From Candidatus Collierbacteria bacterium RIFOXYD2_FULL_45_13 (GTDB lineage Bacteria; Patescibacteriota; Microgenomatia; UBA1400; MFAQ01), in the NCBI GenBank assembly GCA_001774685.1, contig MFAS01000001.1, positions 543,557 through 607,556 on the forward strand: a stretch of DNA of 64,000 nucleotides, in the 5' to 3' direction. The notes under the pieces were generated by a model, which did not search any database, had not been told where the DNA came from, and saw nothing but the letters and a program-made list of their open reading frames with translations. Positions 1-9,010 of this stretch are shown here, in pieces (within the stretch, counting starts at the first letter, position 1; each line of letters starts with the position of its first letter). Position numbers and translations under genes: made by a program.

Positions 1-734
1 TGCTTGTTAAAACTTGGCCATCCGAGAACAACTTCTACGCTTGGGAAGGACCCTTTGTTATCCCTAACTTCTAAATAGATATGTTCCATCTTTCCCTGGC
101 CACCAATTTTCCCACTTAGATACCGAAAAAGTTTGGCTCTTTCCGACCCCGAGTTTCTTTCGGCCTCAATTTTCCATCCCTCCCAAATATCTGCATGATA
201 GATATCATTTCGCCCATCGTCGTTGTAGTAACTCCGACTCGGGTGGAATTCCAGATCTGGTCTGATAATCATTAGAGGAGTGCGGTCTTCACCAGAGGGG
301 TTCCCTACAATCAGTGCCCTAAATTCTACAACGTCACGACTGGTCTGATATGTATTTATCATATACTGTAGGTCCACATTGAAGAACTGAACCGCCAGAC
401 GAGCCGCCTCTTCATCTGAAATAATTTCAGTCAATGCTTCACGTTCGTCGCCAGACTGATTTAACCGAACTGTAAAAGGTGGGTCTTGAACAACCTGGTC
501 TTCAGCCATATCGCTCCCGTCGTCCCAACTCGGAGACATATCATCATATGAAAGGGCATTGTAGCGTAGTGTTTGCTCTTCAGGCATTTGAAAGGATGGC
601 CGATCACTATTGGGACCTCTTTGTGAAAAATCAAGCAGAAAATTTCTGATTGTTTGTGTGAATTCGGGAGTAAAAATGGCTTTGTCTAAGAGAAGGTCGT
701 GTATGTATCCTATTTCCCTCGGGTCCAAATACAC
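1..734 (-). CDS. hypothetical acidic protein; 3' end lies beyond the window start
   Basis: Manual reverse-strand translation is stop-free from position 1 up to a GTG at ~732-734. That GTG is preceded by AAGGA 5 nt upstream on the coding strand and lies 12 nt after the stop of the upstream minus-strand gene. First in-frame ATG is at ~585-587. Translation: ...MPEEQTLRYNALSYDDMSPSWDDGSDMAEDQ... No family recognised. Confidence 0.4.
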   Translation of the reverse strand, partial: MYLDPREIGYIHDLLLDKAIFTPEFTQTIRNFLLDFSQRGPNSDRPSFQMPEEQTLRYNALSYDDMSPSWDDGSDMAEDQVVQDPPFTVRLNQSGDEREALTEIISDEEAARLAVQFFNVDLQYMINTYQTSRDVVEFRALIVGNPSGEDRTPLMIIRPDLEFHPSRSYYNDDGRNDIYHADIWEGWKIEAERNSGSERAKLFRYLSGKIGGQGKMEHIYLEVRDNKGSFPSVEVVLGWPSFNK

Positions 735-745
735 AATTGTCCTTA

Positions 746-1243
746 TTAAGTCATACAAACATTTCTTGTTTGGTGTTGAAAGGCAGAGTATGAGTCACCT
801 GAGCTCTCAACTTGCTGTGAAAGAAGTCTCACCCCTTCTTTGAGGTTCAATACAGTTTTGTCTTCAGGTACATCTTTCGATATCCTTGAAAATTTGAGCA
901 TAATTCCTAGAACCTCAGATCTTGTACTTCTTTCATCGACTCCTGCAATTTGTGGAAGAGCGATTAAGCGTGCAAGTAAACTCATGTCTTCAATTAATAA
1001 CTCGTCATTAAAAACTCCGAATATACGCAGTACTTTCATCGTCTGTGTCTCTCTGGCGATATTGTCAACCAACCAAACCTTCCACTCATTCGTTCCAAAC
1101 TTTTCAATTAGTTGTTTCCTGATGTAGTCTTGGCTTTTTGAGTCGTAGAAACCAGTTTCTTTTATTTTCTCTATCCAACTTAGTTCCTGTGAACCAGGGC
1201 TCGACAGGTCAACGTTCTCAACTTCTGGCAGAACATCTAACAT
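746..1243 (-). CDS. hypothetical protein
   Basis: 165-aa ORF in the track; no recognisable motif. Co-directional with and immediately upstream of the 1..734 gene. Confidence 0.4.
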   Translation of the reverse strand: MLDVLPEVENVDLSSPGSQELSWIEKIKETGFYDSKSQDYIRKQLIEKFGTNEWKVWLVDNIARETQTMKVLRIFGVFNDELLIEDMSLLARLIALPQIAGVDERSTRSEVLGIMLKFSRISKDVPEDKTVLNLKEGVRLLSQQVESSGDSYSAFQHQTRNVCMT

Positions 1244-1308
1244 ATTTCGTCAATTACATCATAATCTTAACTTTGATACAAGTCATTGAGGGGTGCAACT
1301 AATGCTCT

Positions 1309-1338
1309 TTGAACTTAGATTAAGTATTTGTATATAAT
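1309..1338 (+). promoter_or_regulatory. putative sigma70-like promoter for the 1350 gene
   Basis: TTGAAC (~1309-1314), ~18-bp spacer, TATAAT (~1333-1338). The -10 is only ~11 nt from the ATG at 1350, so the transcript may be leaderless. Confidence 0.3.
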
Positions 1339-1349
1339 CATCCTTACCC

Positions 1350-2480
1350 ATGTCCATCAAAGAGATATTCAAGCTTGTTTTGAGTTGGCGCATTCTTCTG
1401 ATTCTCATCGCTCTCCCGGCCATGTTTCTCTTGCCCCCTCGTACCCGTTTCACCAATCTCACCGAGAAGCCCTCACTCGGTAACGTTTTTTCCATGTGGT
1501 CCAATTTCGATGGACTCCATTATCTAGATTTGGCTCAGTATGGTTACGGTTATCAGCACAAGACGGATATGGACTATGCTTTTTTCCCCGTCTATCCCTG
1601 GACCATAGGCACCTTCAATTTCTTGGGAAATTACCTGGCTTCGGGGCTCCTTCTCTCACATGTGTATCTTATTCTGGCTCTTTACTTCCTCTATCGGCTC
1701 ACTGCACTGGATTTCACTAAGAAGGTCTCCCGCCTTACCATCATGTTGACGCTCTTATTTCCTACCGCGTTCTTTTTTGGCTCGGTCTATACCGAGTCTT
1801 TGTTTCTCTTGCTGACTGTCCTAACCTTTTATCTGATCCGCCGCCAACATTTATTCCTGGCTTGCCTTTTGGCTGCCGTTGCTTCCGCCACCAGAATCAC
1901 CGGAGTTTTTCTTTGGCCGGCTATTATCTACGAATACTGGCTCATGTACGGGAGAGATCTTCGCCGGTCACTCAATCTTTCGGCTTTCTGGCTACTGCTT
2001 CCACCTCTTGGAGTTTTCTCCTTCATGCGTTTTCAATATCTTCAGACCGGGGATCCCTTATTCTTTTTTCACATCCAGTCAGTTTTTGGTGGCCGGACGA
2101 TAGACAAACTTATCCTACTTCACCAAGTCTTTTTCCGTTACTTCAAAATGTTAGTTTTTACTGACTGGGACCCACTTTATTTTACAGTTGTTCTCGAAGC
2201 ACTTTCGGCAATTCTGATTGTATCGGTTCTTATCTTCTTCTTCAAAAAAATCCGCTTTTCTTACTGGTTGTTTGTTCTCTTATCCTTCTTACTACCCACT
2301 TTTTCGGGCACCTTTATGAGCATGCCCCGCTTCGCCTTGGTTCTCTTTCCGATATTTATGGTTCTAGCTTATTGGCTAGAGAAACAACATCCCTTTATCC
2401 AGTATGTTTTCTACACGATTTGTATCTTGATGTCCATTCTCTCGGTGATCTTTTTCACCCGCGGCTACTTCATCGCCTGA
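1350..2480 (+). CDS. integral-membrane GT-C mannosyltransferase-like protein (PIG-V / Mannosyl_trans2-like)
   Basis: 376 aa with multiple predicted TM segments. N-terminal loop motif WSNFDGLHYLDLAQYGYGY...YAFFPVYPW resembles the WDxxHFxxIAxxGY...AFFPL signature of PIG-V-type mannosyltransferases. Confidence 0.5.
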   Translation: MSIKEIFKLVLSWRILLILIALPAMFLLPPRTRFTNLTEKPSLGNVFSMWSNFDGLHYLDLAQYGYGYQHKTDMDYAFFPVYPWTIGTFNFLGNYLASGLLLSHVYLILALYFLYRLTALDFTKKVSRLTIMLTLLFPTAFFFGSVYTESLFLLLTVLTFYLIRRQHLFLACLLAAVASATRITGVFLWPAIIYEYWLMYGRDLRRSLNLSAFWLLLPPLGVFSFMRFQYLQTGDPLFFFHIQSVFGGRTIDKLILLHQVFFRYFKMLVFTDWDPLYFTVVLEALSAILIVSVLIFFFKKIRFSYWLFVLLSFLLPTFSGTFMSMPRFALVLFPIFMVLAYWLEKQHPFIQYVFYTICILMSILSVIFFTRGYFIA

Positions 2481-3892
2481 TCTTTTTCAAGGACCACTAC
2501 TTGGAAATTTTCCTGGCAGTTATATCTTTTGATCTCTTTAGCCTTTCCAAACAAAGTTAGTTCGTTATATGACGTTTTTCCGAGTTCAAAAGTACTATTG
2601 TCGAGCACTACCGCCATCAGCGAAGCGCTACTCGGTTCGTTTTCGATATATTTCACTTGACAGCCGGCTTGCTTCATCATTACCCGATGCTCCGGCCCAT
2701 TGTGATATGGGTGAAATCCGGCTTGCACACTCTCAAATATGGGTTCCTTGATTTCCTTGCAAACAGTGTCAAAACATTGAGTCATTTGCTCATATGTTCT
2801 AATGGCCGGTTTGAAATACGCTGATAGTCTTGACGGAGTCAGGTAAAAAGACGACAAGACTAGCAGCACTAGTATTTTCGGCCATCTGGGTAAGGAGGCA
2901 ATACAGAGAAAAAGGAGAGTAGTAAACCCAAAAATATAATGTGAGTGGATTGTCAGGGGTACGATAAAAGTAATTAACACCGTCAGAAATAATAGTTTTG
3001 AGAAAAAGTTTAACTCTGGATTTTCTTTTTTTCGTCCATACCATAGCAAGATAGCCGCCAGAATCAGTATTGCTCCTATCAGCAGTTCTCTATTAATTGC
3101 TAAACCGTAACCAAATAGGCTGCTAAACTTTGCCGTCATAGAAATATTTTCGGCCTGTTGCGGTGTCACCCCTCTGGTAAACAAGCTAGAAGTGAGCAGA
3201 AACTGGTGTTTCAGTTCAAACGCAATCGTCGGTAAATTCACCACTATCAATGCCAACATCTCAGCCAAAACTGTTTTTAGTCTGTTTGTTTTCCAAAATA
3301 AGACCAAAAAAATAAAGATACCGATAAAGGCCGGAGCCATAGAATAAGAAAAAGATATCGCTATGGCGAGAGTCGCAACAAAAACGATCATCAGTTTCTG
3401 AGAAAACTTCTGGGTTAACAGATAAAAACTGATTAAGGCTGTGGCCAGTAGGGGAGTGGTAAAAGAAGGGTTCCAGACAAATCTACTTTGGATAATATAC
3501 TGCGGACTGATCGTGACAAGCAGAAAAAATCCCAGTAACGCCATTTGCATTTTTTTGTTTCCGCGTAAAAACCACAGTCCTCCGAGGAAAAACGAAATAT
3601 AGATAAATGCATTTGTATATAAGAGAGCCATCGGTGAACCATTAAATAGTAGAAACCCCGGCATCAGCAGATAGAAATAAATAGCGCTTTGATTTATCGG
3701 TAGTGAGCTGGTCTGAGGTCCCAGTAGTGGTGGTTTCCCTGTCTCCATCCAGTCTTGCAGTACCAAAAGGTCTCTTCCCATATCATTGAAGTAAAACAGA
3801 GAGGTACCAATATTATTAAATCTCAGCCACCAGAAAAGCCCAACCAAGAACACCGCTACTATCCACACCCAATAATTTTTCCATGCCTTCAT
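2465..3892 (-). CDS. ArnT/PMT-like GT-C glycosyltransferase (GT39/GT83-type, polyprenyl-phosphate sugar dependent)
   Basis: 475 aa. N-terminal TM followed by a loop with FNDMGRDLLVLQDW...GKPPLLGPQTS, then about 10 TM helices and a ~150-aa soluble C-terminal domain. This is the typical PMT_2 architecture. Confidence 0.6.
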   Translation of the reverse strand: MKAWKNYWVWIVAVFLVGLFWWLRFNNIGTSLFYFNDMGRDLLVLQDWMETGKPPLLGPQTSSLPINQSAIYFYLLMPGFLLFNGSPMALLYTNAFIYISFFLGGLWFLRGNKKMQMALLGFFLLVTISPQYIIQSRFVWNPSFTTPLLATALISFYLLTQKFSQKLMIVFVATLAIAISFSYSMAPAFIGIFIFLVLFWKTNRLKTVLAEMLALIVVNLPTIAFELKHQFLLTSSLFTRGVTPQQAENISMTAKFSSLFGYGLAINRELLIGAILILAAILLWYGRKKENPELNFFSKLLFLTVLITFIVPLTIHSHYIFGFTTLLFLCIASLPRWPKILVLLVLSSFYLTPSRLSAYFKPAIRTYEQMTQCFDTVCKEIKEPIFESVQAGFHPYHNGPEHRVMMKQAGCQVKYIENEPSSASLMAVVLDNSTFELGKTSYNELTLFGKAKEIKRYNCQENFQVVVLEKDQAMK

Positions 3893-3922
3893 GCATTAAT
3901 AATAGCGTAAACTATATTAGCC

Positions 3923-5173
3923 ATGAAGCGAATTTTTCGTGCTATTTCTACACCTACTGCCCGGTCCACCGCCTTTTTCTACTTTGGTAGCTTTGGTCTT
4001 AATGTCTTTCGCTATTTCTTTCACCTCATCCTCCTGCGCTTCCTGGCACCGGCAGAGTATGGTGAATTTTTATCCTATCTATCCCTTACCTATCTTCTGG
4101 GTATTCCCACCGGCACCATCGCCACTGTCATCACCAAATATGTCGCCGAGTTCAAAGGAAAAGGGGACAAAACTTCCATCAATCTCTTCTTCCATTATCT
4201 CATTCGTACCGTCACCCCCATTGCCTCCTTCCTCGGACTTGCTTTGATTTTCCTTTCCGGACCTCTATCTCACGTTTTCAAAGCCCACTCTCTGGCCCTT
4301 ATCGTGTTGGGTATCAGTGTCTTTATCTCTCTCTACCAAACCATTATCTCTTCCTATCTGATAGCTTTTCAAAAATTTACCTTTCAAACCGTTCTCGGTT
4401 TGGTCAGCACCTTTCTGACCATTCTATTTTCAATCGGCCTTATCAGCCTTGGCTTTGGCGCTACCGGCGCAGTTATCGGTCAGCTTCTGGGTAGTGTAGT
4501 AACCTCTCTTATTATTTTCCTCGATCTGCGACCCTCATTTTATCCGAAGGTCGTCACCAAGAAGCCTCCCCATTTTTCTTTGGGGGGTTTTATGGGATAC
4601 AGCTTTATTTTTGCTCTCGGTACCATGTCACTGATGTCCACGGATATTCTTATGGTGCGAGCCTTGTTCAACCCTCATCTATCTGGTATTTATTCATCAC
4701 TATCTATCCTTGGTCGTATGATTCTCTACGGTTTGACCCCTCTCATTTCTCTGGTGTTGCCGATCGCCTCCCATCGTCAGGCCATCTCCGGTACCGCCAA
4801 GAATATCTTGATCAAGTTGGGTTCCGTCACGGTGCTTTTTGGACTGATCGGTGCAGGTATTTTTAGCATGTTCCCTACGCTGATCATCAGAATTCTTTCT
4901 GGTGTCGCCTATTTGGAGGCAGCACCCTTTCTTTCGGTCTTCGCCTTCACCATGGTCTTTTTTGCCCTCAGTCAGTTCATACTTTCTTATCAAATGGCTA
5001 TCAGCCGTCCTCGGGCAACCCTTCTACTATTGGCGGCGACCCTTACCCAGCCGGTCTTGTTTTACATATTCCGAGGTTCATTCTCTCTCGTCATCTGGTC
5101 AAACTTTACTGTCCACCTACTCTTGCTCTCCTCTCTTTTATTCTTCCTCTTCTCCCGCGTCAATAACCACTAG
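3923..5173 (+). CDS. polysaccharide/oligosaccharide flippase (Wzx, MOP/PST family)
   Basis: 416 aa, about 12 predicted TM helices. N-terminal region is Wzx-like (…FRYFFHLILLRFLAPAEYGEFLSYLSL…). Confidence 0.6.
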   Translation: MKRIFRAISTPTARSTAFFYFGSFGLNVFRYFFHLILLRFLAPAEYGEFLSYLSLTYLLGIPTGTIATVITKYVAEFKGKGDKTSINLFFHYLIRTVTPIASFLGLALIFLSGPLSHVFKAHSLALIVLGISVFISLYQTIISSYLIAFQKFTFQTVLGLVSTFLTILFSIGLISLGFGATGAVIGQLLGSVVTSLIIFLDLRPSFYPKVVTKKPPHFSLGGFMGYSFIFALGTMSLMSTDILMVRALFNPHLSGIYSSLSILGRMILYGLTPLISLVLPIASHRQAISGTAKNILIKLGSVTVLFGLIGAGIFSMFPTLIIRILSGVAYLEAAPFLSVFAFTMVFFALSQFILSYQMAISRPRATLLLLAATLTQPVLFYIFRGSFSLVIWSNFTVHLLLLSSLLFFLFSRVNNH

Positions 5174-5209
5174 CTAGTAACCAACATCTCTCCGTCATAT
5201 AATCTCCTC

Positions 5210-6034
5210 ATGCCCAAAGTGGCCAAAAAGAAAAATAAAACATCTGGTTCGGTAAACCACTCATTGCTTTCGGTGATTGTGCCGGCATACAACTGTAAGA
5301 CTATCCGTAATGATCTCTCCACCATCAAACTTTATCTCGACCTTCTCAATCGACCTTATGAACTTATTTGCGTCGTTGACGGTCTAAAAAACAGTAAAGA
5401 CAGAACAGCCGAACTGGCCAAGTCTTTTAGGGCTAAAGGTAGCAGGGTTTATTTTTACAAGGAAAACAAAGGTAAGGGTTATGCTGTGCGTTACGGCATG
5501 GCGCGCGCCAAAGGGGGGATCATTGCTTTTATCGACGCCGGTAGTGATCTTCACGCTAGAGGTATCGGTTTGGCTCTCGAACATATGAGGTGGTACGATG
5601 CAGACATTATTATTGGCAGCAAACGCCACCACGCCAGCAAGGTAGACTATCCCTGGCAAAGGAAGCTACTCTCATACGTTGTCCAGAAAGCCACAAAGTT
5701 TGTTTTTGGCCTTAATGTTTCAGATACTCAGACAGGACTCAAGGTTTTCCACAGAGACGTACTGGTGGAAGTCCTTCCTCGCCTCATCGTCAAGCGCTGG
5801 GCTTTTGACTTGGAGATTCTCACTGTTGCCAACCGTCTGGGTTTCAAGCGAATTTACGAGTCACCGGTCGAAATCACTCACAACTTTTCCAGCAATGTAG
5901 GTTTGTCATCGATTCAAAACTTTTTTATGGACTATCTGGCCATTTTCTACCGTACCTACATCCTTCGTTACTATGATGATGGAGGCTCGGATCACTGGGA
6001 GCATGACCCCAATCTCAAGCTCCGCTACCGTTAA
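5210..6034 (+). CDS. glycosyltransferase family 2 (GT-A fold)
   Basis: SVIVPAYNC...(loop)...VVDG near the N-terminus and the acidic motif IDAGSD. Fold resembles dolichyl/polyprenyl-phosphate hexosyltransferases. Confidence 0.65.
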   Translation: MPKVAKKKNKTSGSVNHSLLSVIVPAYNCKTIRNDLSTIKLYLDLLNRPYELICVVDGLKNSKDRTAELAKSFRAKGSRVYFYKENKGKGYAVRYGMARAKGGIIAFIDAGSDLHARGIGLALEHMRWYDADIIIGSKRHHASKVDYPWQRKLLSYVVQKATKFVFGLNVSDTQTGLKVFHRDVLVEVLPRLIVKRWAFDLEILTVANRLGFKRIYESPVEITHNFSSNVGLSSIQNFFMDYLAIFYRTYILRYYDDGGSDHWEHDPNLKLRYR

Positions 6035-6042
6035 CTTACTCT

Positions 6043-7140
6043 ATGAAACCACTTGTCTCCATCATCGTCATCGACTACAAAAAGAAAAATCCCTATCTGG
6101 TCGAATGTCTGGAAGCCATCGGGAAGCAAACCTACAAAAACTTCGAAATCATTTTGGTCTGCGACTTCCGTGTAGACCTAGATTATCCCAAACTTCGCCA
6201 GAAGTCATATGGACATTATGTGGGTCCGGCCGAGAAAAGGGATGCCGGAGCCAAGATGGCCAAAGGGGAGATTCTGGCTTTTATTGACGACGACGCTTTC
6301 CCCAGCAAGGACTGGTTAGCCAGTCTCGTGCCCCATTTTCAAAAAACCAAGATCACTGGTGTCGGTGGGCCGGGTGTCACTCCGCCTGGAGTCAGCTGGC
6401 AGGAAGCAGCTTCCGGCTGGGCATCCGCGTCTCCGGTCGGCGCCGGTCCGTATGCCTATAGATTTCTTCCGGGCAAGAAACAATATGTTGATGATTATCC
6501 TTCCATGAATTTGGCAGTTCGTAAAATAGACTTTATGAAAGTTGGTGGTTATGATTCAAACTTCTGGCCCGGGGAGGATACCAAGCTATGCTTGGATCTA
6601 ACCCACAAACTCCACAAAAAGATTATCTACGAACCGAAGGCGATTGTTTTTCATCACCGCCGCCCCATCTTTTTCCCACACCTTCGACAAAACGGCAACT
6701 TTGGCCTTCATCGTGGTTTTTTTGCCCGTATTCTTCCGGAAACTTCTCTTAGACCTATCTACTTCCTCCCCTCAGCCATTTTGATTGGTTTTATCTACCT
6801 TATTCTATCAACCCTCTTTCTCTTCATGGCAAGGGATCCCTCCCCGTCATTGCGAGGAGGCATGACCGACGTGGCAATCTCACTCCACCAGATACGCACA
6901 TTTGGCATCTACTCTTTCGCTGCATATTTCTTTGTTCTACTCCTCAACTCCCTCTGGGTCTACATCGTCATTGCGAGGAGTGAAGCGACGCGGCCCGCTG
7001 GTACCCGAAGGGGTAAACCTCACTCCACCAACGCCATCTTTCAATCTCTTCTTTCCATCCCCGTCATCTTCATCACTCACCTCTGGTATGGGGCGCGTTT
7101 CCTCCAAGGACTCCTGTTTACTGGTAAACTAATACAATAA
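6043..7140 (+). CDS. glycosyltransferase family 2 with C-terminal TM region
   Basis: VSIIVIDYKK...EIILVCD, then DDD and GEDTKLCLDL (GT2 E-D motif). The hydrophobic C-terminus contains the intragenic repeats listed separately. Confidence 0.65.
   Translation: MKPLVSIIVIDYKKKNPYLVECLEAIGKQTYKNFEIILVCDFRVDLDYPKLRQKSYGHYVGPAEKRDAGAKMAKGEILAFIDDDAFPSKDWLASLVPHFQKTKITGVGGPGVTPPGVSWQEAASGWASASPVGAGPYAYRFLPGKKQYVDDYPSMNLAVRKIDFMKVGGYDSNFWPGEDTKLCLDLTHKLHKKIIYEPKAIVFHHRRPIFFPHLRQNGNFGLHRGFFARILPETSLRPIYFLPSAILIGFIYLILSTLFLFMARDPSPSLRGGMTDVAISLHQIRTFGIYSFAAYFFVLLLNSLWVYIVIARSEATRPAGTRRGKPHSTNAIFQSLLSIPVIFITHLWYGARFLQGLLFTGKLIQ
6845..6890 (+). repeat. intragenic short repeat element, copy 1 (termini CGTCATTGCGAGGAG ... 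CTCACTCCACCA)
   Basis: A 15-mer and a 12-mer are shared exactly with copy 2 at ~6966-7030, with different internal sequence. Translated here in-frame as ...PSLRGGMTDVAISLHQ... Confidence 0.5.
6966..7030 (+). repeat. intragenic short repeat element, copy 2
   Basis: Carries the same 15-mer CGTCATTGCGAGGAG and the 12-mer CTCACTCCACCA. It is read in a different frame from copy 1 (…YIVIARSEATRPAGTRRGKPHST…), yet the GT2 ORF stays open. Confidence 0.5.
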
Positions 7141-7406
7141 TGGTCCAAGTTAACAACACCGAAGACAAAAGTGAAGCAGTCCGCCAGGACGGCTACACCA
7201 TTACGGTCGATCTAGACAAATGTATTTCGGCTGGCCCATGCTCCATTGTTGCTCCTCTCACTTTTTATCTGAGAGACTCAGACGGCAAGGCTCTCATCCT
7301 CGACCCAGACGGGGACTCACTGGAAAAAGTCAAAGAAGCTGCCCGATCTTGCCCCATTCTTGCTATATTTATTAAAGACAAAAACGGAAAGCAAATCTTT
7401 CCATAA
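7140..7406 (+). CDS. ferredoxin (single-cluster, Pyrococcus Fd / COG1141 type)
   Basis: 88 aa with DKCISAGPCSIVAP ... ARSCP, i.e. the CxxxxC...CP spacing of mono-cluster 4Fe/3Fe ferredoxins. Confidence 0.55.
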   Translation: MVQVNNTEDKSEAVRQDGYTITVDLDKCISAGPCSIVAPLTFYLRDSDGKALILDPDGDSLEKVKEAARSCPILAIFIKDKNGKQIFP

Positions 7407-7413
7407 ACAAACC

Positions 7414-8997
7414 ATGTTAAAAAAATCCAAAGTTATAAAAAAGAATCTGAAATCCAACAACCCTCTCCGTTTAGTTGTCGGTTATCCACCCATGCCTTCC
7501 GACAAAGGCGTCATGCTTCTGTCACAGAACCGCCAGTTCCAGTACTTCAACGCCAAGACCTATATCTACCCTATGGTTCCGGCCTATGCTGCGTCCAATG
7601 CCGCCGCCCATGGCTACAAGGTCAAATGGATGGATGGTATAGCCGAGGAGCAGACCTTTGAAGAGTGGTTGAAAGAACTAAAACAATTCAAACCTGATGT
7701 TCTGATGGTAGAAACGAAGTCGCCGATCGTCAAGAAGCACTGGGCTTTAACCAAGATTCTGAAGAAAGAACTCCCCAAACTTCTCTTAGTCTGGGTAGGG
7801 GACCACGTCACCTTTGCCCCGGAAGAAATGATGGATCACAGCAAAGTTGATTACCTCATTACCGGCGGTGACTATGACTTCGTCATTGTGAACCTTCTCG
7901 ACCACATTTCCAAAGGCACCACCCTTGAAGCTGGTGTTTGGTGGCGTATGGGTGACAAAAGAATCAATCAAAAACCTCTGGAAACCATTAAGAGAAAGGG
8001 CAAGGCAGTCTACGCCAACTCGGGTAAGCCCAGTATTGCTCACGATCTAAACGAACTTCCTTTTGTCGACCGCGACCTTACCAAGTGGGAGCTTTACTCT
8101 GTTTACAATGGCAACTACAAATACACCCCGGCGACATACATGTACTCAGGTCGAGATTGTTGGTGGAACCGCTGTACTTTCTGTGTCTGGGATCACACTA
8201 TCAACCCGGTTGGCTCGTACCGAAGGTTTACCCCGCAAAGGTTGTTTGATGAAGTCAAATATGTAGTAGACAAGTATCACGTCAAAGAAATCTTTGACGA
8301 CGCCGGTACTTTTATGATCGGTAAACCACTAATGGACTTTTGTAATATGATGATTGAGTCCGGCTATAGTAAGAAAGTGGTCTACGGCTGCAACATGCGT
8401 CTCAATGCCCTTAAGCAAGAGCATTATGACTTGATGGGCAAAGCCAACTTCCGCTTCATTCTCTATGGCATGGAATCGGCCAACCAATATACTCTTGATC
8501 ACCTGGATAAGGGTTTGAAGGTCGAGCAGATAGAAGAAGGTGTCCGCATGGCCAAGAAGGGTGGTCTAGATCCTCACCTTACCATTATGATGGGCTATCC
8601 ATGGGAAACCTACAAGGATGCAAGAAACACCGTCGACCTGGCCAAGAAGTGCTTTGAAAAGGGTTACGTCGATACACTTCAAGCCACAGTGGTGATTCCC
8701 TATCCCGGAACCCCACTTTGGAAAGAGTGCAAAAAGGAAGGCTGGCTCCTCTCGGAAGATTACGATGACTACGATATGCGCAAGCCGGTGATGAAATCAA
8801 CCTTGACCGAGAAACAGGTATTGGAACTGACTCAAGATCTTTATAAATCTTTCCTCAGTCCCAAGTTTATGATCAGAAAGGTCACCGAGATCCGACATCT
8901 CGATGACATAAAGTTCCTCTTCATGGCCGGCTGGCGCTTCCTCGGCCACATGATGGACTTCTCTCCCAAACAGCTAAATCCAGAGACAGTGAGGTAA
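7414..8997 (+). CDS. B12-binding-domain radical SAM protein (class B-like); non-canonical Cys triad
   Basis: N-terminal Rossmann-like B12-binding-type region (…LRLVVGYPP…VLMVETKSP…LLLVWVGDHVT…ITGGDYDF). Core motif is SGRDCWWNRCTFCVW (Cx4Cx2C). ATG at 7414 chosen instead of the track TTG at 7360 because the latter overlaps the ferredoxin gene. Confidence 0.5.
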   Translation: MLKKSKVIKKNLKSNNPLRLVVGYPPMPSDKGVMLLSQNRQFQYFNAKTYIYPMVPAYAASNAAAHGYKVKWMDGIAEEQTFEEWLKELKQFKPDVLMVETKSPIVKKHWALTKILKKELPKLLLVWVGDHVTFAPEEMMDHSKVDYLITGGDYDFVIVNLLDHISKGTTLEAGVWWRMGDKRINQKPLETIKRKGKAVYANSGKPSIAHDLNELPFVDRDLTKWELYSVYNGNYKYTPATYMYSGRDCWWNRCTFCVWDHTINPVGSYRRFTPQRLFDEVKYVVDKYHVKEIFDDAGTFMIGKPLMDFCNMMIESGYSKKVVYGCNMRLNALKQEHYDLMGKANFRFILYGMESANQYTLDHLDKGLKVEQIEEGVRMAKKGGLDPHLTIMMGYPWETYKDARNTVDLAKKCFEKGYVDTLQATVVIPYPGTPLWKECKKEGWLLSEDYDDYDMRKPVMKSTLTEKQVLELTQDLYKSFLSPKFMIRKVTEIRHLDDIKFLFMAGWRFLGHMMDFSPKQLNPETVR

Positions 8998-9010
8998 AAT
9001 CATTCTCACA

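Noticed and set aside
610-843. 77-aa plus-strand ORF in the track.
   Set aside because: It lies antisense to a long stop-free minus-strand reading frame (1..734) that has a good RBS and start. The plus ORF has no RBS or motif support and is most likely spurious.
4700-4993. 97-aa minus-strand ORF rich in His/Arg/Asp inside the flippase gene.
   Set aside because: It is antisense to a well-supported 12-TM Wzx gene and is a typical shadow ORF.
6845-7030. Possibility that the two repeat copies form a CRISPR array.
   Set aside because: There are only two copies with unequal, non-spacer-like intervening lengths. They lie inside an intact coding frame and no cas genes are present in the window.
6902-7132. 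76-aa alternative-frame ORF inside the GT2 gene.
   Set aside because: It lies entirely within the better-supported GT2 reading frame. It is open only because of the repeat element, which I report as a repeat rather than a gene.
7360-7413. Longer TTG-initiated N-terminus for the rSAM gene, and likewise the 22357, 26882, 11103, 54953 and 46130 upstream starts.
   Set aside because: Each extends into the preceding gene in another frame. An in-frame ATG/GTG right after the upstream stop was preferred. The 46130/46133 case remains unresolved.
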